Positions 50,595 through 60,329 of a stretch of DNA of 64,000 bases are shown here, piece after piece; the first letter of the stretch is position 1, and the number at the start of each line of letters is the position of its first letter. The DNA comes from Myxococcales bacterium. GTDB lineage: Bacteria > Myxococcota_A > UBA9042 > JABWCM01 > BTVJ01. The notes under the pieces were generated by a model that did not search any database, was not told the DNA's origin, and saw only the letters and a list, made by a program, of their open reading frames with translations. The position numbers and the translations under genes were made by a program. The stretch spans positions 1-64,000 of the forward strand of contig BTVJ01000039.1 in NCBI GenBank assembly GCA_045863395.1. The letters run 5' to 3'.

Positions 50595-50632
50595 TTGACG
50601 GGCAGGTCGTTGAGGGTGTATGGAAATCCATA
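50595..50632 (+). promoter_or_regulatory. vapBC promoter/operator
   Basis: TTGACG-N18-TATGGA; palindrome TATGGA-AA-TCCATA running into the ATG at 50632. Confidence 0.65.
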
Positions 50633-50859
50633 TGAAGACCACCCTCGTGATTGATGACTCGGTGATGACACGCCTCCGGGAGCGAGCAGCGCGTGAGAAC
50701 CGGACCCTCTCCGAGCTGGTGGAGGCGGCGCTTCGCCACCTGTTGGACCAAGGGCCACCCTCTCGGGCCCTGCCGCCCCTCCCCACCTTCGACAGCGGTG
50801 GGAGCCTCGTGGACGTGGCGGACCGTGACGCTCTGCAGGCGGCGATGGAGGGGACGTAG
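50632..50859 (+). CDS. vapB: VapB-like ribbon-helix-helix antitoxin
   Basis: MKTTLVIDD..LRERAARENRTLSELVEAALR. Confidence 0.85.
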   Translation: MKTTLVIDDSVMTRLRERAARENRTLSELVEAALRHLLDQGPPSRALPPLPTFDSGGSLVDVADRDALQAAMEGT

Positions 50860-51305
50860 TGTTCGTGTTCGACACGAACGTTCTGATCTACGCTGCGGAC
50901 CGCTCCTGCCCCGAGCACGTCGCCTGCCGCGGGCTCGTCGAGACGGCTCGCACATCGCGGATTCCGTGGTACGTGACCTGGAACATCGTCTACGAGTTTC
51001 TGCGCGTCACGACCCACCCGCGCGTGCTTCGCTCCCCGTGGGCCGTGGGCGACGCGTGGCGCTTTGTCGATGCCCTCCTCGCCTCCCCAAGCGCTGGCAT
51101 CCTCGCGCCGACGAAGCGCCATGCTGCGGTCGTCGAGCAGACCGTCGCCGACCTCCCTTGGCTCGCCGGCAACCTGCTCTTCGACGCCCACACCGCCGTG
51201 CTGATGCGCGAGCACGGAGTGGCACGAGTCTACACGCGCGACGCGGACTTCAAGCGCTTCCCCTTCGTAGACGTGCTCGACCCTCTGGGCCCGGCCGCGC
51301 GCTGA
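50859..51305 (+). CDS. vapC: VapC PIN-domain toxin
   Basis: VFDTNVLIYA, YEFLRVTTHPRV, GNLLFDAHTA, TRDADFKRF. Confidence 0.92.
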   Translation: MFVFDTNVLIYAADRSCPEHVACRGLVETARTSRIPWYVTWNIVYEFLRVTTHPRVLRSPWAVGDAWRFVDALLASPSAGILAPTKRHAAVVEQTVADLPWLAGNLLFDAHTAVLMREHGVARVYTRDADFKRFPFVDVLDPLGPAAR

Positions 51306-51339
51306 AGTCCGCTCTCGGCGGCGGTTTGGACGAGCAACG

Positions 51340-51484
51340 CGGACCACGGCCTCAGGGTGGAGCGGTCCCATGAGGGCGTCGACGACCTGAAGAACGTGGT
51401 GCGGGACGGCGACGGCACTTGGCGCGTCAAGGCGGGCGCCAATGTGCGCGTGCGGCTGACCATGGCGGCGCCGGCCTGCCGCTA
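51340..51484 (+). pseudogene. Degenerate duplicate of an internal 3' segment of the alpha-2-macroglobulin gene (49942-50086)
   Basis: 145-bp colinear match with 12 substitutions; the copy ends in TAA where the gene has TAC. Confidence 0.88.
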
Positions 51485-51677
51485 ACGCTTCCGAGCGCCT
51501 CTTGGGACAGCTTGCGCGGGGCCGAAAGAGGCATCTATTCGACGCACGGCTTTTTCTGTTTGCCTGGTTTCTCGTCTGCGCGCTAGTATCCAGGCTGCGT
51601 GTCGGTGGTCAGACCAATGCCGGGCGGTGCAGTGCGCAGTCGTCGGGTCTGACCGCCGGTGCAAAGGAGGGTGGGCG

Positions 51678-54492
51678 AATGAGAGGTTCGACTCGTGTCC
51701 GCGCACCAGCGATCCTGGCTCTGGCAATCATCGTTTCACTGCCACCGGTGGCCGTGGCAGAAACGCCCCAGAGCCCCAGCGACGAGTTCCAAGGCGCCCC
51801 AGCGGCGAAGCCGGCGCAGTTGGTTCTGGCAGCACTCGGGTTGCCGGAGGCGGGGGAGATCTCACTTCGCCTCGGAAGCTACGGAACCATCGAGGTACTG
51901 TACGGCGAGGATGTTCAGCTCTCGCTACCCAAGCTCGGGTGCGCTGGAACCGAGGACATCGTGACGTGTTTCCTCGATGCCTATGGCTACCTCCTTGGCT
52001 GGGACGGCTGGGAGCCCCTCGGGGGAGCACTGGTCGCCTTGCCACCTGTCTTGTCCGGCGAGTTCGCCGAGCACCGGCTTCAGTTGTTCGTGGGCGGAGT
52101 GCCCCTTGAGAACGCATGGATCAACCTTCGCATCTGGGACAACTCCGTCGTCGTAGCCGCGAAGTCTACTTTGTTTCCCGCGCTAGGGGCGACGAACTCC
52201 GTCGTCGCGGCCTTGGTCTTGGCCTCAGAGAAGGCGTCAGAGTCACAGTTCATCGATGACTCGATCCTCGACCACCTCTCTGCCGATGTGAGTGCATCGA
52301 GCTCTCCAGCCGCGTTCGAGGTGAAGTCCGTGAGAGCGAGCCTGCGGGCGATACACGGGGGGGGCCAAGCTGGCGCCAAGGCTGCGCGTGTTCGCAGAGC
52401 TTGATGGCGTGGAAGCGCTCTACCTGATTGATGTCGCTTCCGGTGCCGTGACGGAGCTGCCCGCCGAGAATCCCAGCCCAGGGGTTGCCTACATCGACTC
52501 GACCGCCATCTACCCGGACTACTCTCCAACGTTGACGTGTCCACCCGTGTATGGAGGGTCGCAGCGTATGGGTCCCTACCCCACACGGAGTGTGGTTCGA
52601 ACGGGTACTGCATAGACTTCACATGGCCCGATGGTGTGGGTCAGTGCGCCACCGCGTGCGTGACGGACAACGACTGCCCCCAAGACTACGAGTGCCAGGT
52701 CTCTCCCAACTCGCCCGCAGGTGCCTGCGAGATCTCGGACGAGGTCGTTCCGCCAGGAACCTACCCAGACGCGCCATACTACCCGGTCTATGGCTTTGGG
52801 CTGTTCACGAGTCCCGGTCTGGCCGTCAACCCAAAGTGGAGTGTTCTTGCGTCCCATCTCGAGGCTGTGAGGGTCTTCCATACAGCAGACTGCGGACGTT
52901 CCGGGGGGTGGGACAATGCCGGCGGCGCCTATATTGCGCGTCACTACACCAAGACCGCAGGAAGCGGAGCTCCGGCGACGAGTTCGTACTTGACCAGAAC
53001 AGTCAGAATCTACACCGACCAAGGATTCAAAGACCCATTGACACTCGCGCATGAATTCGGACATCTGCTCATCCAGGCAGACCGGGACGGTGACCACATC
53101 GGGTATCTCCTGAACAACTGCATGCTCGAAACACTGCCAGAGATGTTCGGCCGCCTCTTCGCTCGAAAGCTCCTCGCTCCTGGTTCCTCCACCGAGTACA
53201 TCTGGCTCGATGATCGCTCCGGTCCCAGCGGAGAGCGGACGTTCGTCAACTGGCCGAGTGGCTGGCCCACCATCGGCCCCGTCGGCTGCGCGTTGGACGG
53301 GACCGCCCACACTGAGGTCCTGGGACGCTTCTTCCGCATCCTCGTCGAGGGGCCAGCAGACCTCACGAACGACGGGTTCGGGGAGGACATCGGTGTCTCC
53401 TTCAGTCCAGTATCGGTGTCGAGCGCGGCCAAGGTCTACCATGACGCCGTATACGCCATGGACGTCGACGACTGGTATGGCGAGCTGACCCGAGGGATGG
53501 AATCAAGCGCCATTGCCGAGGGCGTCGCAACGCAGGTCCGGCTGGCGCTCGGAGCGTCAGGATTCTTCTCGCGCGACAGCATCGTCTCTACCACTGCCGC
53601 GGAGACCGGCGCTGCGTCCTACTTCGATGCATATACCGCCGGCACCTCCAAGCTGTTCACGGCGTGGCGAGACGCTGCGTCTGGGACGATTCGAGTTCGG
53701 CGCCAGGTGGGTGCGGCGGGCGTGACGGAGGATCTTGGTATGGCCGCCGCGGGACCTCCGACGGTCGCAGCCCACGGGGACAAGCTCTACGTGGGTTGGG
53801 TGAAGGCCTCGGGGACTGGGGCGTCGTGTCTTCACTGGGTCTACTACAACGCGGACGGAACGAGGTCGATCACGTACTCCGGGTCAGACGCCGGAGTCTG
53901 CCACATCTCGGGCGAGGTCGAGCTCGTGTCCCACACGGGCCTGTATGCGTTCTTCGTCCAGACGGGGACGAGCGACCTCAAGTACTCCAGGTGTGACGCG
54001 CTTCCCTGTACTGGCCGCTTGACCGACTGGAAGGTCCTCGCGTCTGGAGCGCGCGTGCGGACGCTTGCGACGGGTGTCACCGCGGGAGTGTCCGGGCTGT
54101 CCGTGGCGGGGTCGCCCGGATACGTCTGGCTGGCGGGGAGGTCGCCGGCGAACAACGTCATAATCTGGAAGATGCAGTTCGATGCCGCTGGCGGCGAGAT
54201 TCTCACTACCCACTCATTCTGGCTTGGCGAGAGTGGCAGCAGTCCCACGATTGACGTGCGTCAGGGTGCTTTCGGAGACAATCGGGTGTATGTCTTCTGG
54301 AGAAAGTCCAGTACGACAGACATCGTAACGAAGATGGGCGAGTATCCGATGCTGCCCGTTCAGACATTCCGGTCGACTGCGGCACGGCTCGGAGTGACGA
54401 GGGGCCTGCCGGTGGACGCGGATCGTACGGAACTTCTGCACTTCTCGCCGGATGGGGCGTTCAGCAAGGCGGTGCTCTATGGACGTCACTAG
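51678..54492 (+). pseudogene. Thermolysin/M4-M36-like secreted Zn metalloprotease split by two compensating frameshifts (or sequencing errors)
   Basis: Signal peptide and FTP-like QLFVGGVPLENA (frame A); PepSY-like YLIDVASGAV (frame +1, about 52365-52580); Cys-rich insert, HEFGH and downstream E (frame A again). Confidence 0.7.
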
Positions 54493-55681
54493 GAGACTCG
54501 TCGGAATTGCGGTAGCGGTCGTGTGGTGGATGGTGGCCGCTCACATCGGGCTATGCTGGGTTGCGTGCGCGGCAAAGGAGGAGAGGCCGCCGACGGACGG
54601 AACCGTGGCGGTCGACACCGGCGCAACGGATGCCGGCGCCGGAGACGCGGGGGTTGATGCCGATCAGGGTGACGGAGAGGCGTGCGGGGGTGATGGGTGT
54701 GTTGCAGACAGCTCCCAGGGCGACGCACTGGACGCCGGTGGTGGAGACTCGGGTGGGTCCGATCAGAGTGACGGTCTCGACGACGCGAGCGATGGGTCTA
54801 CCTCGTCGGGAGACGGAACCGTGGAGCCGGGCGACGGGGGCGACGCGGGGGATGCCGCCTTGCCGGACGCCGTTACCCCCGCTGATGGTACAGCCGCCGA
54901 TGCGGACGCCGAAGAGGCTCCCCCTCCGGAGTGCAGCCACGACGAGGACTGCGCCGAAGGACTCTACTGCACGGGCGGCAAGTGCACGCCAGGGGGGCTC
55001 CCTTGCACTACCGATGCGGATTGTTCGCTCGACCCGCTCGGCCCCGAGTGTCACGACGGAGTCTGCGGCGGGTGCTCCTACTTCCCGCAGATCTGGGACT
55101 GGATGACCGATGTGGAGCTCCCACCTCCACCCAACCCATGCCCGAAGGGGCGGTACTGCCCGCCCGGGAAGTCGCCAGCCTGCCTGTCCAACTGCCAGAA
55201 GGATTCGCAGTGCTCGGGACCGGGGCAGGACGTGTGTGATCCCATCGGGCACTGCGGGTGCAGCACGGACCCCGCGGTGAACTCGTGCGACCAGTTCTGC
55301 ATGGAGGGCTACTGGGACCTTCCGCCGACCCTGTGGTCCAAGTGCGTCGGCTGCCAGCCGTTCGTTGCCAAGTCACTGACTCCGTACGTCCCGATTGTCA
55401 AGACCTGCCAAGGTGATGGGCCCTGCCCGTATGCCGGGTCGTGTCTCGGAGGGATCTGCGGCTTCTCCATGTGCGAGGAGGACGCCCACTGCGCGTGGGT
55501 CCAGATCCCCGGCAAGGGCGTCGCGCAGGTCCCACCCGTGGTGCGTTGCCACCCGGCCGCCGGGTGCGTGGCCTCCTGCCAGACCGTCGCCGACTGCCCC
55601 GCCCTCATGCGCGAGTGCATCCCCGGAGTCGCGTGCATCTTCGACGCGGTCGCCGGGTTCTCCGTCTGCCGCGTCCCCTGA
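54479..55681 (+). CDS. Cys-rich exported/lipoprotein with acidic linker
   Basis: Hydrophobic N-terminus ending VACA; D/G-rich linker; CxxDxDC repeats; overlaps the protease stop. Confidence 0.8.
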   Translation: MDVTRRLVGIAVAVVWWMVAAHIGLCWVACAAKEERPPTDGTVAVDTGATDAGAGDAGVDADQGDGEACGGDGCVADSSQGDALDAGGGDSGGSDQSDGLDDASDGSTSSGDGTVEPGDGGDAGDAALPDAVTPADGTAADADAEEAPPPECSHDEDCAEGLYCTGGKCTPGGLPCTTDADCSLDPLGPECHDGVCGGCSYFPQIWDWMTDVELPPPPNPCPKGRYCPPGKSPACLSNCQKDSQCSGPGQDVCDPIGHCGCSTDPAVNSCDQFCMEGYWDLPPTLWSKCVGCQPFVAKSLTPYVPIVKTCQGDGPCPYAGSCLGGICGFSMCEEDAHCAWVQIPGKGVAQVPPVVRCHPAAGCVASCQTVADCPALMRECIPGVACIFDAVAGFSVCRVP

Positions 55682-55908
55682 GTCACTGCCCAAGCCCGTC
55701 CCTGTGGCGTCGCTGCGTGTGCGGGCCAGCCCACCCGCCTCGTGGCGCCGTAGGCATGTGCGCAGCGGGTGGAGAATAGTCCACAGCCGGGCTCCCTCGC
55801 CCTGCTCCTGCGGACCGCGCTGCAAGGCGTCCAGCGTTCGCACCCGGCGCCTCTCGTCACTTGGCGCGAACCGTGCACCGGGGGCGTGCGGACTGCCGGG
55901 CGGAACGT

Positions 55909-57192
55909 ATGAAGTTGACCCTCATCCTGGCGCTGGTGCTCGTCGGTTGCGGCTCGGCGCGCTTCTACGAAGAGCGGCCCTGGCTTCGCCCCGGCGCGAC
56001 CACCGCCGCCCACCTGGCCGAGCGACCCGCGCCCCCCCTCTCTGGGATCGACGCCATGGTGCGCGCCCTGCTGGAGCGGTCCCCCGTCGTCGCTGGCGCT
56101 CGCGAGCGTTGGCGGGCGGCGGTGGAGCGGGTCCCCCAGGCGGCGCGCCTGCCCGACCCGGTCCTGGAGTACATGTGGGTGCCTGCCCCAGAAGGCGCCG
56201 AGCACCGGGTGGAGCTACGGCAGATGATCCACTTCCCCACGAAGATCGCCGCCATGGACGCGGAGGCGCGGGCGATGGCCCGGGGAGCTGCCGTGGGCTT
56301 CGACATGGCGGTGCGGGACGCGGTGACGCGGCTGCGGGAGGCCTACGCGGAGCTGTGGTACACGCAGCGGGCGTTGGAGGTGCTCGCTCAGAACGAGGAG
56401 CTGGCGCAGGCCCTGTCCCAGATCGGCGCGAGCCGCCTGGGCGCCTCGAAGGGCCTTCTCTTTGACGTGGCGCGGGCCCAGGCCCAGCTCGCGACGCTCG
56501 CCTTCGACCGGGTGACCCTGACCGAGCAGCGGGAGGTTGCCATCGCGCGCATCAACGGGCTGCTCGGGCGACCGGCGGGCGCCCCGCTCGTAGCGGACAC
56601 GCTCCCGGATCGTTCCGTCGCGCTCGACCCCGATGCGCTCCTGGCGCAGGCGCTCGTGACGCAGCAGGAGGTCTCGATGCTCGACGAGGACATCCGCGCC
56701 GCGGAGGCGCGCCTCGACGGGGCGGCGTCCGCGTGGGCGCCAGACCTGATGGTGGGCGGCATGTTCATGCAGCGCGACGGCGGCGAGCCCATGGCGGGTG
56801 TGATGGTCGGACTCTCGGTGCCTCTCTGGGGCTACGCCAACTCCGCCGGGATCAGCGAGGCAGAGGCGCTGCTCGGCGCGAGCATCCACGCCAAGGACGC
56901 GGCCCTGGGTTCGCTGGAGGCGCGGCTGCGGGAGGCGGTCTACCAGGTGCGAAACGCCACCCGCATCCGGGTCCTCTACGACGGGGAGCTGCTGCCACAC
57001 GCCATCGCCGTGCTGCGCAACGCCGAGCAGGCGCGGGCGGGCGACGATGCCATGTACGCGGATCTGCTGGAGGCCCGCTCGCTGTACCAGAGCCTGTCTC
57101 TCGCTCGGGAGCGGGCCGTCGCCGACCAGTACGCCGCCATCGCGCGTCTGGAGCGCCTCATCGGGGCGCCGCTGCCGGAGGTGGGGCCGTGA
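55909..57192 (+). CDS. TolC-family outer membrane efflux protein (lipoprotein)
   Basis: Lipobox LVGC; LPDPVL, ELRQMIHFPTK, WAPDLMVG, VGLSVPLWG, ARLERLIG. Confidence 0.88.
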   Translation: MKLTLILALVLVGCGSARFYEERPWLRPGATTAAHLAERPAPPLSGIDAMVRALLERSPVVAGARERWRAAVERVPQAARLPDPVLEYMWVPAPEGAEHRVELRQMIHFPTKIAAMDAEARAMARGAAVGFDMAVRDAVTRLREAYAELWYTQRALEVLAQNEELAQALSQIGASRLGASKGLLFDVARAQAQLATLAFDRVTLTEQREVAIARINGLLGRPAGAPLVADTLPDRSVALDPDALLAQALVTQQEVSMLDEDIRAAEARLDGAASAWAPDLMVGGMFMQRDGGEPMAGVMVGLSVPLWGYANSAGISEAEALLGASIHAKDAALGSLEARLREAVYQVRNATRIRVLYDGELLPHAIAVLRNAEQARAGDDAMYADLLEARSLYQSLSLARERAVADQYAAIARLERLIGAPLPEVGP

Positions 57193-58739
57193 GCGGGGCA
57201 CCGTGGCGGGTCGCGGTCCTTGCGGCGCTCGTCGGGTGCGCCGGGAGCCTCGGGGACCAGCTCCGGGACGAGCCCCACGGGCGCTTCGGTCCTGCGGTGC
57301 TGGCGCACCGCACCCCAGGTGGCGGTCCCGACGCCCCGCGGGCGGCCCCCGTCGAGGCTGGCGCGGGGCCAGCAGCGACCGCCAGGTGGGGCGCGGACGG
57401 GCCCGTGGCGGCCAGCGAGCTCCCGCGGTGCGTGGTCCCGAACGACGGGCTGCTGTCCGAGGCGCAGGCGGCGTCGTGGGCGCCGGGACCAATGCTGGAC
57501 CGGGAGCAGGCCCGCGCCGCCTTCATCGCGCGGAGCCCCGCCGTCCTGGCCGCCGTGCAGCGTTTCCGGGCGAGCCGAACGCGCTACGGTCAGGTGGAGT
57601 GGCTCAACGACCTCGTGCGGCGTTATGACTCCTTCGCGCAGGGCGGGAGCCTGGAGCCGGAGCTGTCGGGTCCCGGGATGGAGCCCGGCGCCGAGGTCCC
57701 CGGGGGCGCCGGCATGGACGCAGCCATGGGCACCGGCATGGACTCAGCCATGGGCGCCGCCCCGGATGCGAGCATGGGCGCCGGCATGACCATGGGCGCA
57801 CGACCCACCTGGCCCCTCGGGGGCGTGGGGCGCATGGAGAGCGCCATCGCCGACGCCGACGTGAGGCTGGCCGGCGCCCGCCTGGAGGCGCAGGTGCTCG
57901 AGGAGCTGGCGACCTTCGAGGCCGCCTTCCAGGACGCCCTCCGGTGGGAGCGCGAGGCCAGCGTCCTGGGCCGGGACCTGCGCCTCGCGGACCAGGTGGT
58001 CGCCGCCGCGGAGGCGATGAACGCCGGCGGTCGGGGCAGCCTCGCGGACGTCCTGATGGGCCGGATGCGGCGCGACGACATCGCGGAGCTGCGCCGCACC
58101 GCGGAGGAGCGGGCCGCCGCGGCGCGTGTGGCCCTGGGGGCGGCCCTCCGGCTGCCCACCGCCGCCCTCGCTGCCGTGGCACTGCGCGGTGACGACCTCC
58201 CGTCGCTCCCCCCTCGGGACGCGACCCGCCTCCAAGCCGCGGACGGCCCCGAGGCGCGCATGGCGGAGGCCATGGCGGAGCGCGCGACCCTCATGGTACA
58301 GCTCGTCGAGCGGCAGCTCCTGCCCGAGCTGTCGCTGGGCACGGCCTTCGACCGGGCCGGCGCCGTGCCTCGGCGCTCTGGAGACGCGCAGCTCGCCACC
58401 AAGGCGCCGTTTCTGGCCGAGCTGCGGCTGATGCGGTCCACCGAGGAGGCGAGCCGGGACCAGGCGCGCCTCGCTGCGCCCGCGATGGCGGATCAGGAGT
58501 GGGTCATGCTCTCAGACGGCCTCCGTATGCACCGGCTCACCTCAGGCCCCCAGCGCCAGCGCGCGCGCCAGGCCCTCGCCGCCGCCACCGACGCCTACCG
58601 GTCCGGGCGGGCCTCCTTTGCCGACGTCAGTGGGGCGCTGTCTTCCGTCCTGGAGGTGGAGATCCTCGCGGAGCGCCAGCGCGCCGAGGCCTTTGTGGCG
58701 GCCGCGCGGCTCCAGGCGGTCGTGGGGTGCGCGCCGTGA
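57189..58739 (+). CDS. Second TolC-family protein with Met-rich insert
   Basis: GTG overlapping the previous stop; lipobox LVGC; LLPELSLG, AYRSGRASFADV, ARLQAVVG. Confidence 0.78.
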   Translation: MSGAPWRVAVLAALVGCAGSLGDQLRDEPHGRFGPAVLAHRTPGGGPDAPRAAPVEAGAGPAATARWGADGPVAASELPRCVVPNDGLLSEAQAASWAPGPMLDREQARAAFIARSPAVLAAVQRFRASRTRYGQVEWLNDLVRRYDSFAQGGSLEPELSGPGMEPGAEVPGGAGMDAAMGTGMDSAMGAAPDASMGAGMTMGARPTWPLGGVGRMESAIADADVRLAGARLEAQVLEELATFEAAFQDALRWEREASVLGRDLRLADQVVAAAEAMNAGGRGSLADVLMGRMRRDDIAELRRTAEERAAAARVALGAALRLPTAALAAVALRGDDLPSLPPRDATRLQAADGPEARMAEAMAERATLMVQLVERQLLPELSLGTAFDRAGAVPRRSGDAQLATKAPFLAELRLMRSTEEASRDQARLAAPAMADQEWVMLSDGLRMHRLTSGPQRQRARQALAAATDAYRSGRASFADVSGALSSVLEVEILAERQRAEAFVAAARLQAVVGCAP

Positions 58740-59527
58740 ACGCACCCCGTGTGCTCCGCGTCCTCACCGCCAACCTCCACGCCTGCGCGGGGCTCGACCC
58801 CATCCCGCCGAGTGGACTCCCGGCCCCCACTGTCCGCGGCACCCTGGGCCGCCTCGCCGCCGTCCTCGCCGCGGAGGCCCCGGACGTCATCATGGCGCAG
58901 GAGCTCGACCTCTGCGGCGGGCGGACCTCCCAGGTCGCCCAGGCCGACGAGCTGGCGGCGCGCCTCGGCATGCACGTGGTCACGGCGACGTGCATGGACA
59001 CCCGAGCCTGCGACGTCCCCGCTCCCCTCCACGACTTGCTCTACGGAATCGCCCTGTTCACCCGTCTCCCGCTCTCCGACGTGACCGAGCGTGTGCTGCC
59101 GCCGACGGTCGGGACCCCGCCCGAGGAGCGCAAGGTCCTCATGGGAACGCTCCCCGGCGGCCTCCGCGTCGCGTGCGCGCACCTGGATCCGTTCCCGACC
59201 GCCGCGCGCCACGCGCAGCTCCGCGCTCTCTCCGAGGCCATCGGCCCCCGCACCATCCTTGGCGCGGACCTCAACGAGCCGCTGCTGTCCCCTCCGAACA
59301 CGGATCCGGCCTTTGCCCGCTACGGCTGGCGCGAGCGCTCGGAGGCGCTCGATCTGGAGCCTCCCGGCGACCTCATCCCCACCTGGCCCTGGCCCGACGC
59401 CGTTGCTGACATCGACCACGTCCTCGTCCGCGGCCCCGGTCTGCGCGCGCTGCGACGGTGGCGCGTGGACCCGGCAGGCGCCAGCGACCACTGGTTCCTC
59501 TGCGCCGACGTGGAGGTCTTGCCCTGA
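58736..59527 (+). CDS. Endonuclease/exonuclease/phosphatase family protein
   Basis: VLTANLH, PDVIMAQE, AHL, GADLNE, IDHVL, ASDH. Confidence 0.9.
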   Translation: MNAPRVLRVLTANLHACAGLDPIPPSGLPAPTVRGTLGRLAAVLAAEAPDVIMAQELDLCGGRTSQVAQADELAARLGMHVVTATCMDTRACDVPAPLHDLLYGIALFTRLPLSDVTERVLPPTVGTPPEERKVLMGTLPGGLRVACAHLDPFPTAARHAQLRALSEAIGPRTILGADLNEPLLSPPNTDPAFARYGWRERSEALDLEPPGDLIPTWPWPDAVADIDHVLVRGPGLRALRRWRVDPAGASDHWFLCADVEVLP

Positions 59528-59576
59528 GGCCTCCGCCGCGCGACAATCGCGCCGGGTCGAGCCCGGGAGGCGCCGT

Positions 59577-59957
59577 TTGGGATCCTTGCTGTGGGTGTGC
59601 GCGGGCGGTGCGGTGGGCAGCGGCATGCGCTGGGTTGTCGCTGGCTGGGTGCAGCGCGCGGCAGGCGCCACGTTTCCCTGGGGGACGCTCTCCGTCAACC
59701 TGATCGGGTCGTTCCTGCTCGGCCTCGTGATGCACGTGGGCCTGACGACGGACGTCCTCCCCCCCACGGCCCGCCTCGCCCTGAGCACCGGCGTGATGGG
59801 CGGGTTCACCACGTATTCGACCTTCAGCTACGAGACCCTGGAGCTGGTCCGCACCGGCGCCCTCGCCCTCGCCGCCGCCAACGTCGCGCTGACGGTGGTG
59901 GCGTGCCTGCTGTCGAGTGTTCTCGGGCTGGTCGCCGGGAGGGCCCTGGTCGGCTGA
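59577..59957 (+). CDS. crcB: Fluoride channel FluC/CrcB
   Basis: GGAVGSGMRW, FPWGTLSVNLIGSFLLG, GGFTTYSTF; TTG start after GGAGG. Confidence 0.93.
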   Translation: MGSLLWVCAGGAVGSGMRWVVAGWVQRAAGATFPWGTLSVNLIGSFLLGLVMHVGLTTDVLPPTARLALSTGVMGGFTTYSTFSYETLELVRTGALALAAANVALTVVACLLSSVLGLVAGRALVG

Positions 59958-59981
59958 CCCTGCGCTTCTTGGAGGTGACCC

Positions 59982-60329
59982 ATGCGCGCGCTCGACGGTG
60001 AGCAGATCCTGGTCCGCATCCTCATCGGCGAGCGGGACCGGTGGCACGGCCGCCCGCTCCACACGGCGCTCCTCGAGCGCCTCCGCCGTGAGGGGTTCGC
60101 CGGCGCCACCGTCCTGCGCGGGGTCGCCGGCTTCGGCGCCAGCAGCGTCGTCCACACGACGGATCTGCTGCGCCTGTCGGTGGACCTCCCGCTGGTCGTC
60201 GAGGTGGTCGACACGCAGGAGCACGTCGACCGCCTCATCCCCATCCTCGACGAGATGCTCACCGGAGGGCTCGTCACCATGGAGAAGGTGCGCGTGCTGC
60301 GGTATGCCGCAGGCCCCGAGCCGTCATAG
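59982..60329 (+). CDS. DUF190 (PII-like) protein
   Basis: [26 protein letters not shown]; usual crcB neighbour. Confidence 0.9.
   Translation: MRALDGEQILVRILIGERDRWHGRPLHTALLERLRREGFAGATVLRGVAGFGASSVVHTTDLLRLSVDLPLVVEVVDTQEHVDRLIPILDEMLTGGLVTMEKVRVLRYAAGPEPS

Noticed and set aside
49942..51484. Diversity-generating retroelement TR/VR pair
   Set aside because: Differences between the copies are not adenine-specific and there is no reverse transcriptase in the window; the same holds for the pilB repeat.
55715..55755. Possible remnant of the extreme A2M 3' end (RLVAP-stop versus RLVVQ-stop) closing the protease island
   Set aside because: The match is too short and degenerate to separate from chance in GC-rich DNA.
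59528..59576. Fluoride riboswitch upstream of crcB
   Set aside because: The ~50-bp gap lacks the GGCGATGG...CTGATG-type consensus.
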